A DNA stretch of 64,000 nt, taken from assembly GCF_006345805.1 (NCBI RefSeq), contig NC_043015.1, positions 29,574,001 through 29,638,000 of the forward strand, written 5' to 3'. Position numbers and translations under genes: made by a program. Origin of the DNA: Octopus sinensis. Lineage: Eukaryota. This document shows, piece after piece, positions 38,711-52,125 of the stretch (the stretch's first letter is position 1; the number at the start of each line of letters is the position of its first letter). The notes under the pieces are model-generated. The model had not been told where the DNA came from and made no database searches. It was given only the letters and a program-made list of their open reading frames with translations.

Positions 38711-39414
38711 ATTTATTTATCATAATTATAATAATATTTTTATCGTAATTTTTATATTATTATTATAATTATTATTATTTTGTAAAAATAAATGAGTATT
38801 GTACGTGTTTTCTTTTTTCATAATTGTATACCTACTTTTAGGATTGGTTAAAATTCGAAAAATTAAACTACGTTAAACAAACGAATTACAAATTTATCAA
38901 AAAAAAAAACAAGTGAAAATAATGTTTCCTTTTGACACATTCTACCAGTGTACGAAGTTTTAAAGTGTTTAGTTAACTAGAAATTGTGTTGAAATCTGGC
39001 TATCAAAAGGAAAAGATCCGTTATATCAAAACACCGATCGAAGGCTTCGCCAACGTTCTCAGGGAGGAAGGGTCGCAAGTGGGAATGTAATGTTATGACG
39101 TAGAGGCAGAAATCATTGGGAAACCGATGAAAGGAAGAGACTCGTATAAGGAAGGTTGTGCGTTCACGTTAGCTTTACATGCCGGAAGTGAGGACAACTG
39201 GCCGGTAGCTAACAGGGCCAGGACACCACAATATTGTGTATATGAATGCACAAAGTTGTCCTGAAGTTATAAAACCTTTTAATGTGACAGCCTGTCACCT
39301 GTCAGTAGCACATATCTCACACGACTTGCTCATGATTTAATAACAAAGGCGCCTTTTCTTTTTATCTTTTCTGTCCTTTATTGGATAGAATAAAAATAAT
39401 AAAACGATTAGGGG

Positions 39415-39839
39415 GGCGATCTTTCGTCTCTAGTAGACCGTTCCGTCGATTTCCGTAAAATTTTTTTTTTTTTTACATATGGGCTTGCGGGAACTTTTGA
39501 AGTAATATACATACATATACACATACACCGAGTAAAAAATTTCAGTTATCTCTCTCTTTCACACATTACTCTCTCTGTCTCTTCACACACACTAACAGAA
39601 GCACTTCACTTACACAACATACTGTCTGTCTCCCACACCCCATCAAACACACACACACACACATGTACATCAATGCTCCCATGCACGGTAACTTCAAAAG
39701 AACTTCCCTCGTCATACAATCGCTTTCTCTTAGTCTCTTTCGCTCTCATTACTTCAAAAGTTCCCGCAAGCCCATATGTAAAAAAAAAAAATTTTTTACG
39801 GAAATCGACGGAAAGGTCTACTAGAGACGAAAGATCGCC
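39415..39839 (+). mobile_element. GGCGATC MITE, copy 3
   Basis: Same TIRs; cgattagg is present on both flanks. Confidence 0.85.
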
Positions 39840-40115
39840 CGATTAGGTCGGCCCGCTTTAAACAATCAGTTATTTTTGATCTGTTATATATTTTAGCCTC
39901 AAGATCAGCTGTATTTGAGCATTTCTAGAACAGCCATTCGTTCTTTTTTTCCTCCCCAAGTATAAAATACTTAAGGTTATCTGATCAAATTTGCCCTTTT
40001 TTCAAGACAGTAGTACGATTTTAAGAGAAATATGGCTGCTACTTATAAATGGTCGAAGTTTCCATTGATTTGATTCTGTATTTGCTTCTGTATTATTTAT
40101 TCTTCGGTTTCAGAA

Positions 40116-40509
40116 GGCGGCGAGCTGGCAGAAACGTTAGCACGCCGGGCGAAATGCGTAGTTCTGTGTTCAAATTCCGCCGAGGTCGACTTTACCTTTC
40201 ATCCTCTCGGGGGTCGATAAATTAAGTACCAGTTACGCACTGGGGTCGATGTAATCGACTTAATCCGTTTGTCTGTCCTTGTTTGTCCCCTCTATGTTTA
40301 GCCCCTTGTGGGTAGTAAAGAAATAGGTATTTCGTCTGCCGTTACGTTCTGAGTTCAAATTCCACCGAGGTCGTCTTTACCTTTCATCCTTTCGGGGTCG
40401 ATAAATTAAGTACCAGTATCGCACTGGGGGCGATATAATCGACTCAATCCCTTCATATGTCCTTGTTTGTCCCCTCTATGTTTAGCCCCTTGTAAGCAGT
40501 AAAGAAATA
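40116..40509 (+). mobile_element. Nin-like SINE dimer (one head, two bodies)
   Basis: 21-bp TSD TATTTATTCTTCGGTTTCAGA at 40094-40114 and 40510-40530 brackets the whole dimer. Confidence 0.85.
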
Positions 40510-40901
40510 TATTTATTCTTCGGTTTCAGACATCTTGCAGTGTGTTTATTTGTTTATTTATTTATTTGTTTCGTCATTCTTGTGGGGTGGGGGTCACGAC
40601 AACGACGACGACGGCCAAATAACAAACCCCCGTTTTGACATACGGAAGACATTCTTTCGATACGAGTCCCATTTACGTCACGTGTATTTGTTTACATTTG
40701 AAGAAGATCGTCAGGCGATCCTTCGGTATAAGTACACACGTGGCTTTACTCTCTTACTCTTTTACTTGTTTCAGTCATTTTGACTGCGGCCATGCTGGAG
40801 CACCGCCTTTAATCGAGCAACTCGACCCCCGGGACTTATTCTTTTTGTAAGCCCAGTACTTATTCTATCGGTCTCTTGCCGAACCGCTAAGTGACGGCTT
40901 T

Positions 40902-41131
40902 GTTTACATTTCTGAAGATAACAGAAACCCATTTTTCCCACCCCTAATCCTAACACCCCATATATATATATATAAAAATACTTTCTTGCAATGTATCCGG
41001 TACTTATACCGAAGTTACGTCGATCGTCACTTTCCGTAAAATTTCTTTTTTTTTTATATATATATATATGTGGGGCTAGGGTTAGGGGTGGGGGGAAGGG
41101 TATCTTTTTTCTTCAGAAATGTAAATAAACC
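40902..41131. mobile_element. Fold-back element with TTAGGG-like subterminal motifs
   Basis: Inverted arms tttacatttctgaaga...cccctaatcctaac / gggttagggg...tcttcagaaatgtaaa; the arm sequence also occurs inside the 16476-17012 MITE. Confidence 0.55.
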
Positions 41132-42886
41132 CACGTGGGTTTATAAGTGACAGTTATGTTACTAGTAACGAATGATCGCCCATACGGAATAAATGTATCT
41201 AAATGAACTCTGTTTTGCAGACACTTCTCGCACGTACAATCATTATCCTTTTTTGCTGCCTGCCCCACATCTCCCCACAGAAATATATCCTTACCTTTGA
41301 AACGCAATTCAGTATGTACCATTCCCAAGAAGGGCGATACCTGGCCGGTGTGGTACTGTTACTACACATTCCGACAACGTGGACCACCTCCCAAGAGATC
41401 ACTCCATATTCTTTTCTGCTCTAGGCGCAAGGCCTGAAATTTTGGGGGAAGGGGCCAGTCGATTTGATCGACTCTAGTACCCAACTGGTACTTAATTTAT
41501 CGATCCCGAAAGGATGACAGGCAAAGTCGACCTCGGCGGAATTTGAACTCAAGATTGTAAAAGACAGACGAAATACCTATTTCTTTATTACCCACAAGGG
41601 GCTACACACAGAGGGGACAGTCTTTCTCCAGAATGAGCAAACTGTTAAAGAAAATATGAATGCATGTTTGAATGCGTATGAACACTTGTGCGTGCGCGCT
41701 TGTGAATATGCGTTGAGAGTAAATGTTTCTCATGTGAAAAGAAACAATCCTAATTCACTTTGTGGCATGTATATAAATGTCAGAAGGATATATTATTATT
41801 ACAGCAAGCAGTGGAAAAGAAGGAAGGCTGAAGTTATAAAGCAATCAAGGCGCCCGGTAATATCGCCCTCAACCTGTTAGTGCGTAGTCTATCTTGATCA
41901 CCTTGAAATAAATAGCAAAGCTGAACGTTGTATTTAAGAGAAATAGCCACCCCACCAAACCTACTCTCTCTCACTCTCAGGATAAATTGTTTTTTTAAAA
42001 CGATGGAGGCAGCTAGAATAGCGACACACACACACACACCCACACCCACACACACACACACACACACATTCACAAAGGTGAATTATTTTTAGATGAAGGC
42101 TGTTAATTTGTATTTTCTCTCGACGTATTTAGAATATCTATATATTTATAATGTATTGCTTTGTAGATATTATAATGCAATTATTTTATAAGGATGTTGT
42201 TTAGCCTCCAGGTAAACCCTTGATCAAGTAAACCCTATTATCAAAGGCATGTCAGTCATTCAGGTGCAATGTACCTGGGACTAAATTGTCCGACGCCCCC
42301 TTTTTTTCCTTTTTTTTTCTCTCCTTTTTTTTTCTATTTTTTTAAGATCGTTGAATATGATAACGGCTGCTATTTCTGGCCGCTCGGGCAGCATCTAATT
42401 TCAATTAGCGAAAGAGAGAATGTGTATCATTTGGTCACTGGGTAATTTAATCTACGAAAGATTTTGTGTACGTATGAATGAAAGAGAATGGATGAATGGG
42501 GGGGGATTAGCTAAAATGTAGATTAAACGTGCATGTGATGTTTTTATATTGGTTTTGTTTTGTTTTTGGAGATTGTTGTGTATTCATGATGACCTTCACA
42601 AACGCTCCCGTCGCCAGTAAGACCTGCCATCGTTTAACATTCAACTCAAACAAGTTTAAACAAGTCGGTGGTTGCAGTTAAAAACAAAAACAAAAACATG
42701 TGCAATGAAGATATTCCAGAGATCCAGAGAGGAATATATTCAGGGAAGGAGAGAAGAGACATAAAGGATAATGTAGGATTTAAGCAGCAAGTGGTGGTGG
42801 TGGTGATGGTGGTGGTGGTTGTGGTACAAACAATTTGAGTGACGAGAAGAGAACGTTGAGCCCGTGAAAGTTTCCAAGCGTAGATA

Positions 42887-43859
42887 CCTATTTCTTTACT
42901 ACCCACAAGGGGCTAAACACAGAGGGGACAAACAAGGACAGACATAGGTATTAAGCCGATTACATCGACCCCAGTGCGTAACTGGTACTTAATTTATCGA
43001 CCCCCGAAAGGATGAAAGGCAAAGTCGACCTCGGCGGAATTTGAACTCACAACGTAACGGCAGACGAAATACCTATTTCTTTACTACCCACAAGGGGCTA
43101 AACATAGAGGGGACAAACAAGGACAGACATAGGTATTAAGCCGATTACATCGACCCCAGTGCGTAACTGGTACTTAATTTATCGACCCCCGAAAGGATGA
43201 AAGGCAAAGTCGACCTCGGCGGAATTTGAACTCACAACGTAACGGCAGACGAAATACCTATTTCTTTATTACCCACAGGGGCTAAACACAGAGGGGACAA
43301 ACAAGGACAGACATAGGTATTAAGCCGATTACATCGACCCCAGTGCGTAACTGGTACTTAATTTATCGACCCCCGAAAGGATGAAAGGCAAAGTCGACCT
43401 CGGCGGAATTTGAACTCACAACGTAACGGCAGACGAAATACCTATTTCTTTACTACCCACAAGGGGCTAAACATAGAGGGGACAAACAAGGACAGACATA
43501 GGTATTAAGCCGATTACATCGACCCCAGTGCGTAACTGGTACTTAATTTATCGACCCCCGAAAGGATGACAGGCAAAGTCGACCTCGGCGGAATTTGAAC
43601 TCACAACGTAACGGCAGACGAAATACCTATTTCTTTATTACCCACAAGGGGCTAAACACAGAGGAGACAAACAAGGACAGACATAGGTATTAAGCCGATT
43701 ACATCGACCCCAGTGCGTAACTGGTACTTAATTTATCGACCCCCGAAAGGATGACAGGCAAAGTCGACCTCGGCGGAATTTGAACTCACAACGTAACGGC
43801 AGACGAAATACCGCTAAGCATTTCGCCCGACGTGCTAACGTTTCTGCCAACTCGCCGCC
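42887..43859 (-). mobile_element. Head-to-tail pentamer of the Nin-like SINE (~185-bp period)
   Basis: Units start near 42887, 43072, 43257, 43441 and 43626; single tRNA A-box head at the right end. Confidence 0.9.
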
Positions 43860-45572
43860 TTTTCCAAGGGAAATACCGCTACAGTAGTAATAGTATAGAA
43901 AATGGCAGAGGCATGAGTCAGTGTGTCTGTGGACTAGGGGTTGGAGTATGATGTCAAACGACCTCGTGCTAATTAATATACCCCTTACCTTTTAGTTGTT
44001 ACAATTATTTAGAGTGCGGTCATGCTAGGGCAACACCTTCAATTTTACTTGAACCAATCGACCCCAGTACGTATTTCTTTAAGCATAGCACTTAACCACC
44101 TCTGGTTGATGTTTACGATTTTATCCGGAAACGAAAACAAAGACAAACAAACAAAATAATGCAACGGGTGTAAAAACAAACAATATGTAAAAAAAAAAAA
44201 AAAATGCGCGCAAAGCAACGATAGGGGGAGGACGTTAGGAAAAATCACAAGATCTTGTGAATTTTCCGAAAGTCCTCTCTTCACCCCCCCCCCCAACGAA
44301 AAGATTTTCCTCACAAATTTCTTTATAATCGTAATCTATGTTGTTTGAAAGGTATTTATATAAAATTTCTTTAAAAAAAACATTTTCCTCAAAGTTATGA
44401 GGGAAAAAACTCGGATCTTGTGAATTTTCCAAAAGTCCCCACCCCCTCGTGGCTTTGCACGCATTTTTCTTTTCATATTCGTTTCATATCCATTGCACTT
44501 TTTTTTGGTTTTGTTTTTGTTTCCGAGTAATATTGTAACATTCTATCAGTAGCTTTTGTCGAACCGCTACGTTACATAGACATAAACACACCAACACCGT
44601 GTGTGTGTGTATTTTAATCCAAGATAGAGATGAATACCAATGTTCCATGTGGCAGGCTTGATAATTGTTAAGGGGCATCCCTTAGCATGAAACCAATGGT
44701 AGCTTCAGCCCATAAATAAAGAGTTTTTATCCATCAATGTAGTATTGACCTCTTATTCTCATTGTTTGATATTAATGTACACACACACACACACACACAC
44801 AAAGGGATTCTTTCAGTTTCCATTTTTGAAATTCACTCACAAGGCTATAGTAGAAGACACTTCTCTGAGGTGCTGTTCAGTTCCAAAGTGCAGTTAGGAA
44901 GCAAACTTCTTAACCACACAGCTATGCCTGTGCATATGTACAGATGTGTGTGTGAGATCTTGTGTCTTCACATTGACATTATTTAGACAGCAGTAATGTT
45001 CCTTTATGACCTCTGTGAGCAATAAGCCCTGCAGCTCAGGTGATCCAACACGCAAAAGAATAATTTACCTTATTAAAAAAGCCAAAAAATGGATAGGGAT
45101 TGCATCAGGCAGCACATCCAGCCATAGATTACTGCTTCAAGAGCTCTCATCTAATCCATACGAGATAGAAAAAGCAGACATAAACACAACAATGATGATC
45201 ATGATGTGCTTCAAGTATTTGTTACAATTATGGAGATGAAATGAAAATGGGTGAACATTGAACATATCCCAACTTGTTGCAATTAATTTTGAATCTTTCT
45301 TTGTTCACGGCAGTGACAGTCGTCATCATCATCATCATCACCACCACCACCATCATCATCATCACCACCATTATTAAGGCGTTGAGCTGGCAGAATCATT
45401 AACACAGTGGCTGAAATGCTTAGTGGTATTTTGCCTGTTGCTACGTTCTGAGTTCAAATTCCACCAAGGTGTTTTTGTTATGTATTTGTCTGAATATTAT
45501 TTTATCATGCCTACTATGATAGGAATTGTTTCTGTTTTTAGATTCCACATTCACATTATTATTATTATTATT

Positions 45573-46260
45573 CAGTAGTTTTATTTTTATAGTGTGCTTT
45601 CACTTCACTACCGAGCACAGCTCTGTGTGTCTTGGGTATGTGCTGTGATTTGTTGTGATGCTCTGATGGTTACTGTATTGAAAGTGTTCTGCGTAGGATG
45701 TGTGCAGTGCCTAGTAGTGCAATTTTCTGTATGTTATATGTGTTTGTAAGTCCTGGTGTTTTTGTTATGTATTTGTCTGAATATTTTTTTATCATGCCTA
45801 ATGCACCTACTATGATAGGAATTGTTTCTGTTTTCAGATTCCACATTCGAGTTACCTCTGTTTCCAGGTCTTTGTATTTTGAAAGTTTCTCCATTTCTTT
45901 TAGAGACACGTTGTCATCTGCCGGTATTGATACATCAATTAGAAAGCATTTTTTTCTTCATGATCTCTGACAACTATATCTGGTCTGTTGGCCTTAATTT
46001 CTCTATCTGTGTGTATCGGCATATCTCAGAGTATGGTTGCTTTCTCGTTTTCTGTGACCTTTTCTGGTGTGTGCCTATACCATCTTTTTTCTGTTGTTAT
46101 TCCATAATGTTGGCATAGCTTCCAGTGTATGTAGGTTCCAACTCTGTCGTGTCTGTGAATATATTCCTTCTTAGCCAGGACTGGGCAGCTAGAGATAATA
46201 TGATTTATTGTTTCTTGTCCATCTCCACATATTCTGCAGTTACTTGTAATATTTCTTTTC
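45573..46260 (-). mobile_element. R4/Dong-clade non-LTR retrotransposon 3' fragment (CCHC knuckle plus restriction-like endonuclease) in (TAA)n
   Basis: CRICGDGQETINHIISSC, RHD, NRPDIVV...LIDVSIP and KLSKYKDL...IPIIVGALG; flanked by TAT repeats on both sides. Confidence 0.85.
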
Positions 46261-46291
46261 ATTATTATTATTATCATTATTATTATTATCA

Positions 46292-46337
<46 letters not shown>

Positions 46338-46374
46338 CATCAATATTATTATCATCATCATCATCATCATCACC

Positions 46375-46424
<50 letters not shown>

Positions 46425-46483
46425 TATCATCATCATTATCATCATTATTATTATTATTATTATTATTTATTATTATTATTATT

Positions 46484-46819
46484 GAGTGAGAGAGCAGTGC
46501 ATGCCATCAAAGTGACACTGGGGTAAAATATACGAAGCCCAGTATACCCATCATGACTACCCGTCTGATAAGGTACACCAGGCACATGCATCACAACCAT
46601 ATGTGCGCGACATGGTGATCTCATATCAAGATAAACAGCACATGACCTTGCAGGTGGGGCCCAGTAAGAATTTTCTTCAGGTTGAGTAGCCCATCCTGCT
46701 CAAAAGGTCCCTGAATAAGGATTGTTTAAGGATGTTGAAAGAACCACCCATGTTTCCAGAGGTGAATTATTCAAACTCCAAAGAATCCCTCTCAACACAT
46801 GGCTCTGATGCTCCCCCAC

Positions 46820-46820
<1 letters not shown>
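46484..46820 (-). mobile_element. 5'-truncated copy of the (AAT)n-embedded 557-bp element
   Basis: Reverse complement of about 7720-8060, with (TAT)n on both sides. Confidence 0.8.
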
Positions 46821-46882
<62 letters not shown>

Positions 46883-46962
46883 AATTAATTAATTTATATA
46901 TATTTTCTCTTTTCAGAATTATCAGTTTGGTATTTATTCTGTTGACTTTCTAATCTGTAAAT

Positions 46963-47107
46963 ATGCATACGTCTGCATTGAGAAGAACATTTGGTGTCTT
47001 AAGCCAAACCAAACAAATCATTGCCCCTGCATTGAGCACATCATTCTGTCGATCCACTCATCACAATCATTCTTCAGATGAAGGTAATCAAAGAGTGTTG
47101 ATTACAG
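46963..47107 (+). CDS. TDH: Mitochondrial L-threonine 3-dehydrogenase-like, first coding exon (exon 46917-47107)
   Basis: Acceptor ttttcag ends at 46916; ATG at 46963; Arg/Ser/Thr-rich presequence then QRVLITG; donor G|GTAAGT at 47107/47108, phase 1. Confidence 0.8.
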
Positions 47108-47194
47108 GTAAGTTTTATGTTTTAAACAAAGATATTAATTTCAGATATTTTCTCCACCCACCCCACCCTGCTAGTTTCTCAATAACTCTGACAC

Positions 47195-47439
47195 TCTTTA
47201 CTCTTTACTCTTTTACTTGTTTCAGTTGTTTCAGTCATTTGACTGTGGCCATGCTGGAGCACCGCCTTTTAATCGAGCAACTCGACCCCGGGACTTATTC
47301 TTTTGTAAGCCCAATACTTATTCTATCGGTCTCTTTTGCCGAACCACTAAGTAACGGGGACATAAACACCCAAGCATCGGTTGTCAAGCAATGCTAGGGG
47401 GACAAACACAGACACACAAACATACACACGCATATATAT

Positions 47440-47473
<34 letters not shown>

Positions 47474-47648
47474 ATATATATATATATACAACGGGCTTCT
47501 TTCAGTTTCCGTCTACCAAATCCACTCACGAGGCTTTGGTCGGCCCGAGGCTATAGAAGACACTTGCCCAAAGTGCCACACAGTGGGACTGAACCCAGAA
47601 CCATGTGGTTGGTAAACAAGCTACTTACCACACAGCCACTCCTGCGCA
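47195..47648 (-). mobile_element. CORE-like tRNA SINE, intronic
   Basis: Same family as 9484-9899. Confidence 0.85.
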
Positions 47649-48819
47649 CTAATTTCTTTTCTTTCCCCTTTGCAATACTCTACCGCACTCTCTTCCGCAT
47701 TTAGTGTCTGCCCTAATTCTCTAATTTACAACTATAAATCTATTCCTCTCGTCTTATTTTCCCCTTCCTCGTCATCCCACCTAGAAATATTACAAATTCT
47801 CTTGTCTATTCCCCCTCAGTATATAAGGGGCCACTTTAAGCCCTTTGTTTTGCAAGCCACTAGGCAGTCATCACTAGTGCTGATGCCACAAATAAAGCAA
47901 TCGGTGCACTATAAAGTGGTTGGCTTTAGGAAGGACATCAAGCTGTAGAAACCATTCAGGGCAAATAAGTTTAGCTTAGGATATCACTGGCCAAAATTGA
48001 TTCTAATTTAGACACACGGCTAACAATTTTGAGATGGTGGTGGTGTGTGTGTGGTGGGAGTAGTTAGTTGATGCCATCAATATTTGTACTTGACTCAGAC
48101 TTTATTGACCCCCCAGAGGAATAAAAGGCAAAGCTGACCTTAGGATTTTCAACACAGGACATAAATAGCCCAAAGCAATAATGCAAAGCATTTTTTTTTT
48201 AATGTGACACTTTAATGATTCTGTCAGGCACACTTTGATTTTTATTTAACTGCTGCTTCAGCAATAGTCACCCGAGTATTACTCATTTACTAGAGTATTA
48301 CTCAATTTGAGAAACCTTGGCTTAGGGCAAAACTGACCAAGATAGAAGGAGATTTTTGAATTTTGTTAGTTAATAATATATAAAAAATAATAAATGCACC
48401 CTTTTAAAGCCATTTCCCGGTTTCTATGGTGTATGTGTTCCCCAGCTGGACGGGACGCCAGTCCATCGCAGCATTACTCATTTTTGCCAGCTGAGTGGAC
48501 TGGAGCAACGTGAAATGAAGTGTTTTGCTCAAGAACACAACGCGTCACCCGATCCAGGAATTGAAACTACAATCTTACGATCATGATGCTGACACCCTAA
48601 CCACTAAGCCACGTGCCTCCACTTAACAATATATAACATTTGATGATTTATTTGTATTCATCATTGTCGTTATCATCTTTTAACATCCATCTTCCATACT
48701 GGCGTAGATTGGATGGTTTGACAGGATCTGGTTAGTTGGAGGACTGTGCCATGCTCCGATATTTTCTTGGGTACAGTTTCCACAGTTAGATGCCCTTTGA
48801 AATACCAATCACTCTAGAG

Positions 48820-49020
48820 CAGTGGTTTTCAACCAGGGTTCCGCCAGTACAGTCCAGGGGTTCCGCAAGAAGTTACAAAACTGCTAAAATCGGCAGTAAT
48901 TTTTAATTCTCCTGTGCAGATATGTGTGCATAAGACTATTAAATTATTGCACAGGGGTTCCTCGAGCCAGTGGAATGTTTTCTTGGGGTTCCACTCCAGC
49001 AAAAAGTTTGAAAAGCACTC
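48820..49020. mobile_element. hAT (Charlie-type) MITE
   Basis: CAGTGGTTTTCAA ... TTGAAAAGCACT termini; perfect 8-bp TSD CTCTAGAG at 48812-48819 and 49021-49028. Confidence 0.9.
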
Positions 49021-49467
49021 CTCTAGAGAATGTACTTGATGACTTTTTCATGGTACCGGCTTTAAAGAGTTTACCATTGTTGCTCACAAGAATAAAATTC
49101 CTTTTGAGTGGGGTCATACAGTAGAAGAGGGATGTGGACTTATACTAGATGTTGAGAGGGAGGTGCAAAAAAAAAAACGGGTTCCTTGCTGTAGAGGACA
49201 TATCATGGCTATTCACATTTTTATTATGAATGTAAAATGGATTTTCATTGGTTTTGATGATGAATATTTACATCTTTGATCAACTGAATTTCCTGTTCAT
49301 TGAATTAGTAGGTAAGTGGCTGGGTATTCCAAGTTTAACAAAACTTTCAGGTAGATTCTGCAAGGCATAGTATGACAAGGCCAGAGCTTAAACTACAGTT
49401 ACAGTGTATACAACAAGCTATCTACCTGATTTCACTCACAAGGTTTGGACCTATCTCGGGCTCTGGC

Positions 49468-50713
49468 TTAACCCTTTTGATACCAACCCACCTGAGACTA
49501 CCCTTGGATCTGTGATATAAACTTCATGTCTTGACCCTTTAGCATTCAGATTACTTTGTCAAATGTAATACTTATATAGTTAGTCACATTGTTTTAAAGC
49601 CCATCATTCATTATCTTGTAGCTTCAAGATATTGTGGTTATTTATTTTTAGAATGTTTATTTTTAGATGTTGTTTCATGGCACAAAATAATAACAATAAT
49701 AATAATAATAATAATGAAATTATTGTATACAGTGCTCAGGTGCACCACAACTTGTCAAATAGTGTGTATAAAGTATATGCAGTAATGTACAAATGTCTGG
49801 TAAGTGAACAGTGTATGAGTCAGATACATGCTTACTTGTGTGTATGGAGAGGAGAAAATCAGGTGTAGTGTTGGTGAATCTCAGGAAGCATGGAAGTTTT
49901 GAAGGATGCAGTGCTCCGACAACTAACAACTGATGCTGGCAGTTTGTTCCATACTTCAGCAAATCTTAGCGTGAAAAAATATTTCCGAAAGTCATGGGAG
50001 CTGTGCTGTTTTCTGGCTTCGTAAATATGTCCACGGGTGTTAGACAGGTGGAGTTTGAAAAGGTGCTCAGAGTTATTGTTTGTAAGATGATTAATAATTT
50101 TATGGGTGTCTGCCAAGTCAGCTGCCAGACGTCGGAGTTTCAATGTATCCATGCCCAGGGAAGTAAGGCGTTCAGAATATGGTAAATGCCTGATAGAGGG
50201 TATTCTCTTGGTTGCACGTCACTGAACGGTTTTCAGACAATTAATATCCTGGGCAAGATAGGGGTTCTAGACCGGTGATACAAATTCGAAGTGAGGCTGC
50301 ACCATAGCTATATAAAGCCTCAGATAGATAGCCGGAGAGCGACTCACAAAGGACTTGGTGAGTGATGCCAAGACACCCTCAGCCTTCTTGGCAATTTTAG
50401 CAATGTGTTTTGTCCAACGCAAATAGCACAGTACATGTGAGAAGCCAGATTTCTCTGGTCTGAACATAAAACAGAATATTTGGGCTGGATATGACTGGAT
50501 TAAATGCTGGATATAGCTGGATTAAATGCTAAAGGGTTAAAGTGATATAAATTAAAACCTTTCCACAAACTTGCATGTTAATTTATGTTAATTTATGTTC
50601 CAAACACCAGCTTAATAAGGAAAAAAATTATTCTACTAAATTCTTTGTTATTTTCAAATGTAGCTGAAACAAAGGTAGAGTATTTCAACTGAAATATTTA
50701 ATGAAAGGATTAA
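49468..50713. mobile_element. Nested piggyBac-like MITE remnants (TTAA-CCCTT termini)
   Basis: Outer TTAACCCTTTT ... GAAAGGATTAA; inner ttgaCCCTTTAGCATT (49531) ... AATGCTAAAGGGttaa (50540). Confidence 0.5.
49690..50425 (-). mobile_element. CR1-type LINE 3' fragment
   Basis: WTKHIAKIAKKA...VQPHFEF and FFTLRFAEVWNKLP; (ATT)n tail. Confidence 0.85.
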
Positions 50714-50936
50714 GACAGTTGCCCAAGATGCCATGCAGTAAAATTGAACCTAGGACCTCATGGCCACTAACTAACTTCTTGAATATTCAGCCAGGCTGTG
50801 TCCAGTCTTCTGACTATAACATACTATAAATTATCATAATTTATTCATTCACTCTAATTTTTTTTTAAATTTCATATTTGACCATTTCAGTGTTCACTTG
50901 CCAGTCTATGCTGTATAATTTCTTTTTCTGTTTTAG

Positions 50937-50979
50937 GAAGTCTTGGACAGTTGGGCTCTGGTCTGGCTAAAGTAATGAG
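50937..50979 (+). CDS. TDH: TDH-like second coding exon (43 nt)
   Basis: Polypyrimidine tract ending ttttag, and donor AG|GTAAGT. Splices in phase to give RVLITGSLGQLGSGLAKVM(R), the GxxGxxG NAD-binding loop matching animal TDH (RVLITGxLGQLGxGLA). Confidence 0.85.
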
Positions 50980-51251
50980 GTAAGTGATCGTTAAACAACT
51001 TAAATCTTCAGCTCAGTAGTCATAATAATGAAAAATTAACATCAAAATCAGAAAATAAATGTTAAGTGATGGAAGCAGTATTAATAACCAAATGGCAATT
51101 TTTATATCCTGCTTAACGTGAATGTATTGTTAGAATGCCATATTACTGCAGTATTCACCTTAACCCTCTTTGATAAACGACCAATCATATTGCAGCTTTG
51201 TAGTCATGTGTGTTTTATGACTATAGTCAATGGCATCCCCCATAACCATTG

Positions 51252-51643
51252 CTCTTTTACTTGTTTCAGTCATTTGACTGCGGCCATGCTGGAGCACCGC
51301 CTTTAGTCGAGCATCTCGACCCCGGGACTTATTCTTTTGTAAGCCCAGTACTTATTCTATCGGTCTCTTTTGCCGAGCCGCTAAGTGACGGGGACGTAAA
51401 CACACCAGCATCGGTTGTCAAACAATGCTAAGGGGACAAACACAGACACACAAACACACATACATATATATACATATATACGACAGGCTCCTTTCAGTTT
51501 CCGTCTACCAAATCCACTCACAAGGCTTTGGTCGGCCCGAGGCTATAGCAGAAGACACTTGCCCAAGATGCCACGCGGTGGGACTGAACCCGGGACCATG
51601 TGGTTGGTAAGCAAGCTACTTACCACACAGCCACTCCTGCGCC
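51252..51643 (-). mobile_element. CORE-like tRNA SINE
   Basis: Family match; flanked by a ccattg duplication. Confidence 0.85.
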
Positions 51644-52125
51644 ATTGTTTACTTTTGTTTTTAACCTTTAGGATAATGTAGGTGCATCATGTCACCGGAT
51701 GAGTTTTCTCCCTTGCAGTAACAGGGCAGTGTTAGGGGAAACAATTCTAGAGAAACTGCAGTGTGCTAAAGGTTAAATAGAAAGAAACAGAAACGAAAAT
51801 GATTTTTTGGCTCTGAAACAAGCATGTGATGAATCCAGTACTTTGTCTGTTAAACAAAAATGGCCTAGACTTTTTAGAATTGATGAAATCAGTGACAATA
51901 TTTCTTCTTTGGACAAAGAATAGGACAGTGAACACAACAGTGTGGTACTGCTTCTACAAGAAGTAATTTTGCACAGGCAGGGCCCGCGTAATAAGAAGTT
52001 TGCTTCCCAACCACATGGTTTCAGGTTCAGTCCCACTGTGTAGCACCTTGGGCAAGTGCCTTCTACTATAGCCTCGGGGCTGACCAAAGCCTTGTGAGTG
52101 GATTTGTAGACAGAAACTAAAAGAA

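Noticed and set aside
41113-41424. Possible minus-strand exon ending AAG|GTAAGG
   Set aside because: No recognisable protein in any frame, and the acceptor side is a SINE boundary.
47108-47397. Continuation of the 144-aa ORF beyond ITG
   Set aside because: Read-through past a consensus splice donor into intron and SINE sequence.
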